Origin: a virus
IMG/VR virus record: IMGVR_UViG_3300042298_003052
Location: 75,449 to 139,448 of that record
Direction: 5' to 3' (one strand)
DNA: 64,000 nucleotides
Shown: positions 29,492 through 38,754 of the stretch, in pieces
Position numbering within the stretch: position 1 is the first letter of the stretch
Layout: each line of letters opens with the position of its first letter
Notes under the pieces: model-generated
Databases searched by the model: none
What the model was told of the DNA's origin: nothing
What the model saw: the letters and a program-made list of their open reading frames with translations, nothing else
Program-made: the position numbers and the translations under genes

Positions 29492-29829
29492 TATTTTCCC
29501 ATAGAATAGTACAAATGATCGCTAGTGTAACCGTATCAGGTTAAAATGTACTAGCGATCATTTGTACTATCTCATTCATCGCTATATAGTTATATACCTA
29601 AATACCTATATAATCAATAAACGTTACAACCTAGTGCGATCGTTCTGCCCTATCTATATCTACTGAATAATCATTTCTACCCTATCTCTTAAGCCTTACA
29701 AGGCTAGGATATCTATTCTCTAATACTCTGATACCTTACAGCTATTCACTAAGCTTATAGAAGCGTACAATAGGGAATAAAATCATAGATAAAATACAAT
29801 GATCGCTATAGGTTATTAAATAGGTTAAT

Positions 29830-29871
29830 TGTGATCGCTATCACACTATCATTTTGTCAGTTTGGTATTAT
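29830..29871 (+). promoter_or_regulatory. CRP box + -10
   Basis: TGTGAtcgctaTCACA, 20-bp spacer, TGgTATTAT. Confidence 0.7.
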
Positions 29872-29879
29872 TAAATTGT

Positions 29880-29930
29880 TAGGGAATTACAGCTAAGCCC
29901 TACCAAATAAAAAAAAATAATTAGCTGTGA
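29880..29930 (+). ncRNA. candidate H-type pseudoknot RNA, copy 1
   Basis: TAGGG/CCCTA stem; loop TTACAGCTAA complementary to downstream TTAGCTGTGA; A-rich linker. Confidence 0.35.
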
Positions 29931-29979
29931 CCCAGTGTTGACAACTTACCCTTAATAAGATAGATTATAAGGGTAAGAG
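29926..29979 (+). promoter_or_regulatory. sigma70 promoter with overlapping inverted repeat
   Basis: TTGACA-17-TAGATT; CTTACCCTTA...TAAGGGTAAG spans the -10. Confidence 0.75.
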
Positions 29980-30025
29980 TACAGAGAAACGCTACAAACA
30001 AGTAAAGGAAAGGGAAAGAAAAGTT

Positions 30026-30322
30026 ATGCATCATTTAACATTCGACAGAGATGACTTACGCGCTCTAGAGTTTATCGGCAACAGGTATGGGATCGGTAGC
30101 GATCTATTGGGATTGATTTCTACTGCTACCATTGTATATGACGGTGAGGAAAATGATGATCCCTATCAGGGTTTTACCGCAACATTTGATGAGTTTATAG
30201 CTTGGCAGATCCTAGATCTGCTAAATAAAGACACAGAAGATCTAACAACTTCCCATCCTTTGCTATCCAGTAGTAGCAATCTATGGGAAGGATTAATGAG
30301 TCTGTATAATAGTGTAGTCTAG
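30026..30322 (+). CDS. hypothetical protein
   Basis: purine-rich RBS after promoter. Confidence 0.6.
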   Translation: MHHLTFDRDDLRALEFIGNRYGIGSDLLGLISTATIVYDGEENDDPYQGFTATFDEFIAWQILDLLNKDTEDLTTSHPLLSSSSNLWEGLMSLYNSVV

Positions 30323-30347
30323 AACATACCAAGGGTAAGTAAGAAAA

Positions 30348-30755
30348 ATGAAAAGCAAAAGCATAGTGTTCTGTTACACAACTGTAACACCAGAATCGGC
30401 CGAAAATGGCGATTTTGAGGATAACGGGTTTACAGACGGCGGTAGAAACCGCTTAACATCCCCAGTAGAGTTTATTAATAGCGATGATATGGGATCTTTA
30501 TATGATGCCGTTCGTCTAGGTATTGATCTAGGAATATCTGAATGGGTTGGTAATTGGTTTGAAACATCGGGATATAGTATTATTGACTATAGCACAGGAG
30601 AAGAAATCTCCTATTCTATGCATCTTGAGGGATTTAGTCCTGGGGAATTATCCCACATTAAGAGGATACTAAAAACTGGAAAAATATCTGATGAAGATCA
30701 AGCCTTGTTAGAAGGTATCATGGTCCTAGATGCTCTAGGGGTCAGTACTTACTAA
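30348..30755 (+). CDS. conserved phage hypothetical protein
   Basis: VTPESAENGD...DYSTGE..YSMH motifs. Confidence 0.6.
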   Translation: MKSKSIVFCYTTVTPESAENGDFEDNGFTDGGRNRLTSPVEFINSDDMGSLYDAVRLGIDLGISEWVGNWFETSGYSIIDYSTGEEISYSMHLEGFSPGELSHIKRILKTGKISDEDQALLEGIMVLDALGVSTY

Positions 30756-30890
30756 TTTCTAACAGCGATCGCTAGTCGGTAGCTTAATCATCTATCGCTA
30801 TAATGATAGATAGGTTAATAGGGGTCCGAATCCCCTCGATCGTATGCCCTTATAGGGCTGTAAACGTACAATCATCAAAGGATAACGATC

Positions 30891-31313
30891 ATGGCTGTTA
30901 CTTTCACTGGTGTTTATCAACAGGATGTGAAACTGGCCCGTCAATTGAATTTATTTACAGGAGTAAACCCTAAAAAAGTTGTGTTAGAAGGGTTGATCGC
31001 CGATTATCTATCTACAACTAATACTGAGAGCGATGTTAACGAATCTCAGAAAATCTCTGAGATTGCTTTGTTAGATCAATTGATTTCTGTTTGCAATGAT
31101 TCTACTGAGAAGGACGATCGCTCTTCACTTCTACCCAAACCCATGTTAAGGCGGGATCGGGTTAAAAAACCCGCTCCAATCCTTAAGCGCGATCGTATTG
31201 TGGATCCCCTAAAAAGACCTACGCTCAGACCGGTTAAACTGAGCGATCGTAACCTTGCGATCGCTCCTAAACCAAAGCTCAATAGTAAATTTAACCGTAG
31301 CTTATTCCAATAG
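30891..31313 (+). CDS. hypothetical protein with basic Pro-rich repeats
   Basis: repeated P.LKRDR unit. Confidence 0.55.
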   Translation: MAVTFTGVYQQDVKLARQLNLFTGVNPKKVVLEGLIADYLSTTNTESDVNESQKISEIALLDQLISVCNDSTEKDDRSSLLPKPMLRRDRVKKPAPILKRDRIVDPLKRPTLRPVKLSDRNLAIAPKPKLNSKFNRSLFQ

Positions 31314-31427
31314 GCTTAGGCTACAATAGGATAGATAGAGCGATCGCTATTAGCACGGTAGCGATCGTCCTAAGGGGAAAAATACGTGCTACAATCCACT
31401 ACAACTCGAAAAGGAAAAGGTTACATT

Positions 31428-31979
31428 ATGACGATCATTATTTCAACAATCTGGGAAGTAATTACCTATGACGTTTGGGGGAATTCCAAAGATGGTTACG
31501 AAGTCAATCAGGCATTTAGATCTGGTAATGTAGAGATGCCTGTAAAGTTAGAAGTATATAATCCTGGTATTGAAGGGGAATTTTATGATGGGAGTCCTAA
31601 CGATACTCAAATCCGAAAAGCTTTAGGGATAACCCCTAGAGTAAGAATATATGACCCTTATTGTAACGAAAGGGTAATATATGCTAACCACGTTAGTACA
31701 AATTATCCCCTAGGGGAATTAAGGCTAGTATCTCATGATACTTTAGAATTTAGCCCTGGTAAGGTTATCACGGGTTATAAGTGGATTAAAACCGATGGTA
31801 AGCTGTATCCTGTTTTTAAGTTAGCTAATGGTGATGATCTTATGGAGGAAGATTGTTGTCTAGAGTTAACTGATAAGTATACTAAGACTGAAATAATCAG
31901 AGAGTTTACTAAAAAACTGAGATTAGAAGGGTATGCCATACCTAGGCGATACCTAGAACTAGATCCCGATACTTTCTAG
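31428..31979 (+). CDS. conserved phage hypothetical protein
   Basis: YDVWGNSKDGYEVN motif; AAAGG RBS before 31428. Confidence 0.6.
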   Translation: MTIIISTIWEVITYDVWGNSKDGYEVNQAFRSGNVEMPVKLEVYNPGIEGEFYDGSPNDTQIRKALGITPRVRIYDPYCNERVIYANHVSTNYPLGELRLVSHDTLEFSPGKVITGYKWIKTDGKLYPVFKLANGDDLMEEDCCLELTDKYTKTEIIREFTKKLRLEGYAIPRRYLELDPDTF

Positions 31980-32388
31980 GTATAGGGAAAATAGATAGGA
32001 CGATCGCCATAGTGCAGATATACTACAGCGATCGCTCTATTCACCATACCAAAGTAAAATAGATCGCGATCTATTTTGATCGCGATCGTTTGTACTACAG
32101 CACTATCGTACTACTCTGCTACCCTATTCATCACTATATGGTTATATATAAATATAATAATAAATGAGTCTACAGTAGTACAAATGAATCTATAAAACAC
32201 TCTAGCGCTAGGATAGCGATCGTTCTCTATACCCTTGCTCTAGTGCCCTATAAAGCCTTTCTAATAGCTACCCTAGGGTATTCTACTAATAAGCCTTTAA
32301 TAGGGCTTAAATTGCAAAATAAAGGGCTATAGATTTCTATATATGATCGCTATAGATTAATATTGTAGGCTAATTAAGTATAAATACC

Positions 32389-32429
32389 TGTAAAGTAGGG
32401 TTTACAATTAGAAAATAGATTGATAATAT
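32389..32429 (+). promoter_or_regulatory. sigma70 promoter with TGTAAA-N6-TTTACA palindrome
   Basis: TTTACA-17-TAATAT. Confidence 0.65.
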
Positions 32430-32476
32430 AAGGGTATGGTTAAAGAAAACGAAACGAAAAGGGAAGGATTGAAACC

Positions 32477-32998
32477 ATGGCTAACAACGCTACAGTTCGA
32501 TTTACTTGGTTAACTGGTGATGTTAATTACCTAGATTATGGTGGCAAGTGGTTTTACAATACCAAAGTAGAAGGGTATTATCTAGTAATGGAATTGATCA
32601 TATTAGAGTGTGATTCCGAGAGTACTGAAAAGTATATGATAGAATTGTCGATAGTTAACTGTAGAAAGGTAGAACCCGATAAAATGCGATCGGTTAAATC
32701 TTTTTGTGGCATTGATGACGATAATGATCTGCCAGAAGATTACATGGTGGAATGCTGCCATTCTTACGGTTTGAAGTCTGTAGACTATAGTGCTACAGGT
32801 AACAACTATAAAGAATTACGTAAAGAATGCCTTGAGGCTGCACGGTATACGATCAAACATCTTAGATCTAGTCTAAATAAAAGTAAAAATGCCTTTTACG
32901 CAACAGGACATGATATGATCGAAGGTAAAGTGTTAGGCATATTAGAAGGAGGAAAGCGACAATCGCTAAGACTCCAGAATGTTTGTAATGGGAATTAA
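32477..32998 (+). CDS. conserved phage hypothetical protein
   Basis: GDVNYLDYGG motif. Confidence 0.6.
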   Translation: MANNATVRFTWLTGDVNYLDYGGKWFYNTKVEGYYLVMELIILECDSESTEKYMIELSIVNCRKVEPDKMRSVKSFCGIDDDNDLPEDYMVECCHSYGLKSVDYSATGNNYKELRKECLEAARYTIKHLRSSLNKSKNAFYATGHDMIEGKVLGILEGGKRQSLRLQNVCNGN

Positions 32999-33222
32999 GA
33001 TATAATTCCCTAACCAGGATGATCGCACTAGATCCGCTCCATTAGTACATGGGATCTAGTGCGATCGTTTCGGCTATGCTCTATTCATCGCTTTATTTAC
33101 CTTATTTATCGCTTTATGGTTATATAATAACACAACGATTATATAGCCGTCATAGTGCGATCGTCCATAGATAAAACACTATCACTATAATATAAAAATA
33201 ACTAGGTAAAAATAACGTTTAT

Positions 33223-33264
33223 TGTGACTGCGATCACACTGCTAGGATATGGATCTGTTACTAT
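33223..33264 (+). promoter_or_regulatory. CRP box + -10
   Basis: TGTGActgcgaTCACA, 20-bp spacer, TGtTACTAT. Confidence 0.7.
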
Positions 33265-33270
33265 TAAATT

Positions 33271-33320
33271 GTTAGGGAATTACAGCTAGGCCCTAAATTA
33301 AATAAAAAAATTAGCTGTGA
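33271..33320 (+). ncRNA. candidate H-type pseudoknot RNA, copy 2
   Basis: TTAGGG/CCCTAA stem; TTACAGCTAG pairs with TTAGCTGTGA. Confidence 0.35.
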
Positions 33321-33368
33321 CCAACGGTTGACAACTTACCTTTAATAAAGTAGATTATAAGGGTAAGG
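33316..33368 (+). promoter_or_regulatory. sigma70 promoter (copy of 29926-29979)
   Basis: TTGACA-17-TAGATT with the same inverted repeat. Confidence 0.75.
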
Positions 33369-33403
33369 GTACAGACAAGCAAAAAAAGGGAAAAGGGAAA
33401 GGT

Positions 33404-34066
33404 ATGAAATACCTGTTAGAGGTGAGAGAAAATCCCGAATATGGAAAAAACGGGCTGATTATTAAGAATATAGGTCGGGATCATTTTGATCCCCTTAACG
33501 GGCAAGTGATCGCCCATGATGTCATAGAACATCCTGTGAAAGAGCATTCAAATTGCTATGTAGATGAATTTATGGCATTGGGTGCGATCGTTGGCGGAAG
33601 GATTGAAAACGGATATCTTACTGCTGGACATCGTTATCTCAGTTTTTACGATATCACAAGCGACGTTACCCAATTAGCTGTAAGTAGTTTTTACTCTGGA
33701 TATAATCTGGTATTGCCATGTAATTCCAGATTACGTGATATTGAAATCACAGCCGACATTAGATCTGCTGTCAGAAAAGGTTTAGCTTCTGTATCTGATG
33801 AAATAGAGGAGTCGTATAATTTCACAGACAATACGGTAGACTATATAACGGGTTGGATCTGTAAAGGATATAGTCTATTTAAGAAAAGGTTTCAAGGTTT
33901 GCAGATATATGATATCTGCAACCACTTGTTTGATACCATTAAGGAAGAATGCGATCTTTTCCTTAAGTCAGCAGAGATAGGCGATCAGGCCATACTAAAT
34001 GTTACATTTAGTAGATATCACTGCGAGTTAAAGCAGATAGGTTACGATTATGGAGATGAATATTAA
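33404..34066 (+). CDS. hypothetical protein, possible metal-binding (AHDVIEH...DE)
   Basis: 220-aa ORF directly after a promoter. Confidence 0.6.
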   Translation: MKYLLEVRENPEYGKNGLIIKNIGRDHFDPLNGQVIAHDVIEHPVKEHSNCYVDEFMALGAIVGGRIENGYLTAGHRYLSFYDITSDVTQLAVSSFYSGYNLVLPCNSRLRDIEITADIRSAVRKGLASVSDEIEESYNFTDNTVDYITGWICKGYSLFKKRFQGLQIYDICNHLFDTIKEECDLFLKSAEIGDQAILNVTFSRYHCELKQIGYDYGDEY

Positions 34067-34077
34067 GGAGTAGAATT

Positions 34078-34356
34078 ATGTCATTAGAACAACAGTTAAA
34101 ACAAGTTTTCCCCTGGTTAACGGATCGTGACTTTGGTCACCATGCCACGGATCTTTATGTGGTAGCATATCCAGAAATTGATAAATGGCTACAGGATAAT
34201 TATCAGTTTTATTCCAATGTTCAACAGTTTATCGGGAATCCCGAAGCTGATTGGAATGGAGCAAGTAAGCGTTGCCTAGAAATTCCTTTTGCTGGAGAAT
34301 GGAAACGACTAGAGAGAATGTTAAAAAAGTTAGAACAACAATCAGAGAAGGAGTAA
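34078..34356 (+). CDS. small phage protein, tandem paralog 1
   Basis: MSLEQQLKQVFPWLT...DLYVVAYPEIDKWLQ. Confidence 0.7.
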   Translation: MSLEQQLKQVFPWLTDRDFGHHATDLYVVAYPEIDKWLQDNYQFYSNVQQFIGNPEADWNGASKRCLEIPFAGEWKRLERMLKKLEQQSEKE

Positions 34357-34360
34357 AACT

Positions 34361-34603
34361 ATGTCATTAGAACAACAGTTAAAACAAGTTTTCCCCTGGT
34401 TGACAAATAAAGATTTTGGGCATCAGCATAGAACTATTCACCCAGATCTTTACGTGGTAGCATATCCAGAAATTGATAAATGGTTACAGGAAAATTATCA
34501 GTGGTATGACAACATTGATAAATTTACAGGTAACGATCAAGCAGCTTGGAATGGATCGGGTAAAACCTGCCTAAGTATTCCCTTTGCTGATTATAGTTGG
34601 TAA
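34361..34603 (+). CDS. small phage protein, tandem paralog 2
   Basis: near-identical N-terminus to 34078. Confidence 0.7.
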   Translation: MSLEQQLKQVFPWLTNKDFGHQHRTIHPDLYVVAYPEIDKWLQENYQWYDNIDKFTGNDQAAWNGSGKTCLSIPFADYSW

Positions 34604-34721
34604 GAGCGATCGCAAAGTGAAATAAACAGGGTGAATAATGCGATCGCACTAGGTTAATTCAATAATACGGACGATCTAGTGCGATCGCAAAATAATCAAG
34701 ATGTTATTCTGGTAATGAACC

Positions 34722-35051
34722 ATGGTAGAATACACTCCAGGCCCTTGGATAGTAGGTTATGCCGACAGTGGCAAACCTTACATAGTAGCAGATCACGGTA
34801 AAAGATGGAATGATCCTACTATATGTCATCTATATGAAGACGTAACACCAGAAGGTTCGATGACAGGACCAGGATGGTGTCTAGAAGCATTCGATAATGC
34901 AGAAGCTAACGCTAGATTGATAGCTGCTGCACCTGATATGATGACACTACTACAAAAGTATATAACGGTTTTAGAGTCCGATGATAAAGAGGCTTTAACA
35001 AAGCTTCTGCAAAAAACGCGCGATGTTATTGAGGATATCAAGGGATCTTAA
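34722..35051 (+). CDS. conserved phage protein (TPGPW...ANARLIAAAP family)
   Basis: signature motifs. Confidence 0.7.
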   Translation: MVEYTPGPWIVGYADSGKPYIVADHGKRWNDPTICHLYEDVTPEGSMTGPGWCLEAFDNAEANARLIAAAPDMMTLLQKYITVLESDDKEALTKLLQKTRDVIEDIKGS

Positions 35052-35376
35052 GTAAGGCGATCGCACTAGGTATTTGTCTTGAGGGATTACCTAGTGCGAT
35101 CGTTCTAATAAATCATCGTAGGACTATTTTTTTACTCTATTTATCACTCTATAGTTATATACTCATTTAGTAGAATAAAAATAACCTTATCCTAAAAAAT
35201 AGTCCTACAATCCTAAAAATACTCCTTCTAGAATCACCTACAAGGGTCACAAAATAGTTAACTCTTATGATGTTACCTTAAAATGCTCTAGAGGCTTATA
35301 GACACCTTAGAAACGATAATAGAGAAAAATCAATAGCGATCATTGTGAAAAATAGAGATTTTTGTTATCAGATTAG

Positions 35377-35417
35377 TGTCAATAGAGGTTGACACTTAAA
35401 AGTAAATCAATTATTAT
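35377..35417 (+). promoter_or_regulatory. sigma70 promoter with TGTCAA-N6-TTGACA
   Basis: TTGACA-17-TATTAT. Confidence 0.75.
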
Positions 35418-35449
35418 AGAGGCATGGTTAAAGAAAAGGAACACAACCG

Positions 35450-35755
35450 ATGAAAGTGAGATTACAAGGAAAAGAAATAAAAGTAAGCTTTGGTGCCTAC
35501 ATGGCACTAAAAGACGAGAATCCTGATTTGGAAGTTGTTTCATACTCTAACGATAAATCGTTAGAAGATCGTTATGGTGATAAGACACTAGAATGTCATA
35601 ATTTCTGTGCCAAAATTAAGATCATGTTAGAGTATCTTCCTAGCCCTGATACGGCTACCTACACAGATCTGGAATCTATCGTAGCAATTAGAGAACATCT
35701 GGACTTGGTAAAAGATATGTTGACATCGTGGACTGGTTTTCAGGATAACGATTAG
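35450..35755 (+). CDS. hypothetical protein, tandem paralog 1
   Basis: LKDENP...PSP...EHLD.V...L.SWTGF shared with 35785. Confidence 0.65.
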   Translation: MKVRLQGKEIKVSFGAYMALKDENPDLEVVSYSNDKSLEDRYGDKTLECHNFCAKIKIMLEYLPSPDTATYTDLESIVAIREHLDLVKDMLTSWTGFQDND

Positions 35756-35784
35756 GGTAATCACTTTTTCAAAAAGAGGAAACC

Positions 35785-36096
35785 ATGAAAGTACTAATCA
35801 ATGGTATAGAGTTTAATATAAATCCATCAGAGTACAGGAAACTGAAGGATCAAAACCCTGAGTCTGTTAAAATCCTATCATGTGATGGTACGGAAACACT
35901 GGATGACAAATATAAAAATCAGATTCGTAAATGTAGCGAATTGATCAGTTACATTGAGAACATAATGATACTTGTACCTAGTCCTAACCAAGCTAGTTGG
36001 GCAGACTACGGATCTGCTTATCAAGTATGGGAACACCTGGATCGTGTCTATGATAGCCTGGTATCATGGACTGGATTTGATGTTAAACCTGATTAA
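35785..36096 (+). CDS. hypothetical protein, tandem paralog 2
   Basis: see 35450. Confidence 0.65.
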   Translation: MKVLINGIEFNINPSEYRKLKDQNPESVKILSCDGTETLDDKYKNQIRKCSELISYIENIMILVPSPNQASWADYGSAYQVWEHLDRVYDSLVSWTGFDVKPD

Positions 36097-36121
36097 GTGC
36101 GATCGCCAAAGGGAAAAACCG

Positions 36122-36412
36122 ATGAAAATCCGATATCTGTTACAAAATCCTGGTATAAACTTTACCGGGTTCAATAGTGTTGAAGAAGATTACACCGATA
36201 TAGACAACTGGTTAAAACAACCCGCTGTCTATGATACCGATACAAAATTATCGATTCCATGGGGCGATCTAGCACTACCAGGAAAAGAAACTCACTTGGT
36301 AAAGATCAAAGAAATCATCGCAAGCATGGAATATACCACCGATCAAATCGGGTATTATCACAAACGCTTTTACCAAGGGGTGATAGAAATCATTGACAAT
36401 CGTTGTCAATAA
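36122..36412 (+). CDS. hypothetical protein
   Basis: AAGGGA RBS before ATG 36122. Confidence 0.5.
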   Translation: MKIRYLLQNPGINFTGFNSVEEDYTDIDNWLKQPAVYDTDTKLSIPWGDLALPGKETHLVKIKEIIASMEYTTDQIGYYHKRFYQGVIEIIDNRCQ

Positions 36413-36547
36413 GTAAATCGAGTTATCAATGGTATTCCCTAAGCTATAAAAAAGCACTTTATAGCCCGAAACCATTGATAACTCGTTAGACAAAATAGGT
36501 GAGATCTTGTCACTTATTGACAGCGATTGTCATTAGTGACATAGAGA

Positions 36548-36862
36548 ATGGTAAAAAATGAGGTAAGAATGGAGATTATTACAATAGAACGCCCTACTAA
36601 CAGTGGAACCCGACCGTTATCAGACTTTATAAGGGTATTACCCCCTATATACAAGGAAAATCAGTTATTCAGGATAGAAGGTACCAATCGATTTATACAG
36701 CCCTATGCAGGAAAGAATAAACAGATAGGTATCAGATTATATCGACCCAGTGTGTTTGAAGGGCATCATACGGGCTATTACAGTGTGACTATACTACGCC
36801 CTAGTGGGGCGATCGCTGATGGTGGTTTAGTTGAGTTAACCTTTAACGATGAAAGGCTGTAA
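36548..36862 (+). CDS. hypothetical protein (start probably 36569)
   Basis: GAGG RBS. Confidence 0.5.
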   Translation: MVKNEVRMEIITIERPTNSGTRPLSDFIRVLPPIYKENQLFRIEGTNRFIQPYAGKNKQIGIRLYRPSVFEGHHTGYYSVTILRPSGAIADGGLVELTFNDERL

Positions 36863-36864
36863 AA

Positions 36865-37179
36865 ATGAAATACACACATTTTAATAGTGAAAGATGGTAT
36901 TACCTATACCAACGAGCTTGTCATAGACCATCGAATAATATTGACCTAAAGGAGCAATACGTCATACTACTAAATTTAGGGGCCACGGAAGTGGCCACAG
37001 GGCGATTAAACAACTGGAATAATCAGCCCGACGTTGCATGTTTCAGGGTTCCTGATGCCTGTACATTAAGGGCGATCGACTTCGATGATCGCATTAATCT
37101 AGGCTATGGCGTTTCATCAGTTTGGGATAATCCTGAACTGTGCGATCGTGTTAAGAACGTTGTATTGCCGTTACCATAA
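36865..37179 (+). CDS. hypothetical protein
   Basis: operon context. Confidence 0.5.
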   Translation: MKYTHFNSERWYYLYQRACHRPSNNIDLKEQYVILLNLGATEVATGRLNNWNNQPDVACFRVPDACTLRAIDFDDRINLGYGVSSVWDNPELCDRVKNVVLPLP

Positions 37180-37248
37180 CGATCGCACAATTTTCATAAT
37201 CCTTTCATTTTGTTTTCATAATCTTTTCATTTTTCATTTTGTTTTCGT

Positions 37249-37335
37249 TATGTAACCCTTGAATAACCCCTAAAAATAGATATTGATTTGTAAAATAATT
37301 TAATATTTTTAAGAGTGTCATTCAAGGGTTACATA
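37249..37335. repeat. 16-bp perfect inverted repeat around an AT-rich spacer
   Basis: TATGTAACCCTTGAAT ... ATTCAAGGGTTACATA. Confidence 0.8.
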
Positions 37336-37371
37336 GTGTATAATTAGGATATAGAAATATAGGAGGATCGC

Positions 37372-37731
37372 ATGGATTTCAAAGCGCCACAAGGGTTTGA
37401 GGATTACTTGGTTACGATTTTATGGTATTTTAATATGGACGATCGCAGTGTGTACGAATTTAGTACGCCTGCTAGAGAGAGACTTTTAGACTATTATGAT
37501 CGTTTCTACAAATCCATTGAGGCTTTAGGTTTAAGAGGTTACTATGTACAAGCATACGGCGAAGATAAACTAGGGTATGATTTTGCCCTAGAGCAGTTGA
37601 GAACGGGGTCTGGATTTATGGATAGGGATTTATTGGAAGAGAGTGATAGAGAGTTAATATGTCAGATCGCTAACTGCTTTCCTGAGTTTAGTGTTTATGA
37701 AAATGAGAATGGGGGGTTAGAGGTAGAATGA
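37372..37731 (+). CDS. conserved phage hypothetical protein
   Basis: LGYDFAL...GSGFMDR resembles the GHDFWLTRN.HG.GFWDR family. Confidence 0.55.
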   Translation: MDFKAPQGFEDYLVTILWYFNMDDRSVYEFSTPARERLLDYYDRFYKSIEALGLRGYYVQAYGEDKLGYDFALEQLRTGSGFMDRDLLEESDRELICQIANCFPEFSVYENENGGLEVE

Positions 37732-37940
37732 ATAGATTAGTAGCCAAAGATCTTGATGATGCTGTACTAGCTCTAACACTATTCAGAGGATGGAGACCTT
37801 TCCGGTATTCAGGGAATGTTTTCTATCTGGTAGAGGAGGATAGCGAGTGCTATCGGATCTACAGGACAAAGAAATCTGCTGTAGATTATGCGGTAAAGAT
37901 GAGTAAAGAGTGTGTTAGGGTAGATTACAAAGGTGAGTGA
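37728..37940 (+). CDS. hypothetical protein
   Basis: ATGA overlap. Confidence 0.5.
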   Translation: MNRLVAKDLDDAVLALTLFRGWRPFRYSGNVFYLVEEDSECYRIYRTKKSAVDYAVKMSKECVRVDYKGE

Positions 37941-38473
37941 TGAATAGTTTTTATTTCTATAAAACCCAGGGATGGGATTACAATATTCTCAAGTCGAACT
38001 ATCAAAAGGTAGTGGATCCTATTGGGTTTCTATATGAAAATATAGAGGCTAAAGTGTTAGAAAAGTTTCTAGGGGGATACGGTCTATTCTGTATTAGCCC
38101 TAAAAAGATCGCTAGAAATCTTCTGCAAACGAGGTTAAATGGGAAACTCCTTGTAAGAGGAGATTATAAAGGATTAGAAGCTGTAATCCTTCTAGAGGAA
38201 GGTTCCAGCAATAGCGATCGTGTGTCAATATTCATTAAGATTCCCTACTCTATAGATAGTAGGGAAGATCTAGAGATGATCCTATACTCTAGATCCTATG
38301 GATATCCTGAGGAAAAATATTTTTCTAGGATTCCTATAGATATGGGTCCGATTAGAGAAGATCTGTGGATTGAGAGAACAGATTTTTCTCAAAGTCTGAT
38401 GGATCGCTATTACGATAAAGGATTTAGTATTAAGGTAGAAGATCGCAAAGAGTATTTTGTTATAGAGGGATAA
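37937..38473 (+). CDS. hypothetical protein
   Basis: GTGA overlap. Confidence 0.55.
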   Translation: MMNSFYFYKTQGWDYNILKSNYQKVVDPIGFLYENIEAKVLEKFLGGYGLFCISPKKIARNLLQTRLNGKLLVRGDYKGLEAVILLEEGSSNSDRVSIFIKIPYSIDSREDLEMILYSRSYGYPEEKYFSRIPIDMGPIREDLWIERTDFSQSLMDRYYDKGFSIKVEDRKEYFVIEG

Positions 38474-38713
38474 ACAGAAAAATAGATCGCACATTTTAAG
38501 CGATAAAAAACCAAAAAGGATAAAACAAAAGGGACGATCGCTAGTATTGTGCGATCGTCCCTTTGTTTTATTATCTCTACTCGCTCTAGAATCGATTTCA
38601 AAGGGTTTGTAATAGGTAGGTGATACGGTGATACCCTTAAATGGTTATAGAGGCTTGTAGGCACCTTAGAGACAATGATAGACGTTTGTCTATAGTTATT
38701 ATAAGAATATGGG

Positions 38714-38754
38714 TGTAAACAGCAATTGACAAATAAAAGTAACTAGGATAAATT
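38714..38754 (+). promoter_or_regulatory. sigma70 promoter with TGTAAA-N6-TTGACA
   Basis: TTGACA-17-TAAATT. Confidence 0.7.

Larger units (their letters stand above)
27819..29849 (+). repeat. long imperfect direct repeats flanking the amidoligase gene
   Basis: 27819-28235 vs 29507-29849; ~180-bp core 28052-28235/29666-29849 nearly identical. Confidence 0.9.

Noticed and set aside
32389-32406. TyrR regulation
   Set aside because: Matches the TyrR box, but TyrR is not a cyanobacterial regulator; better explained as a member of the phage promoter palindrome family
36499-36515. Fifth CRP box (GGTGAgatcttgTCACT)
   Set aside because: 7-bp spacer and imperfect arms
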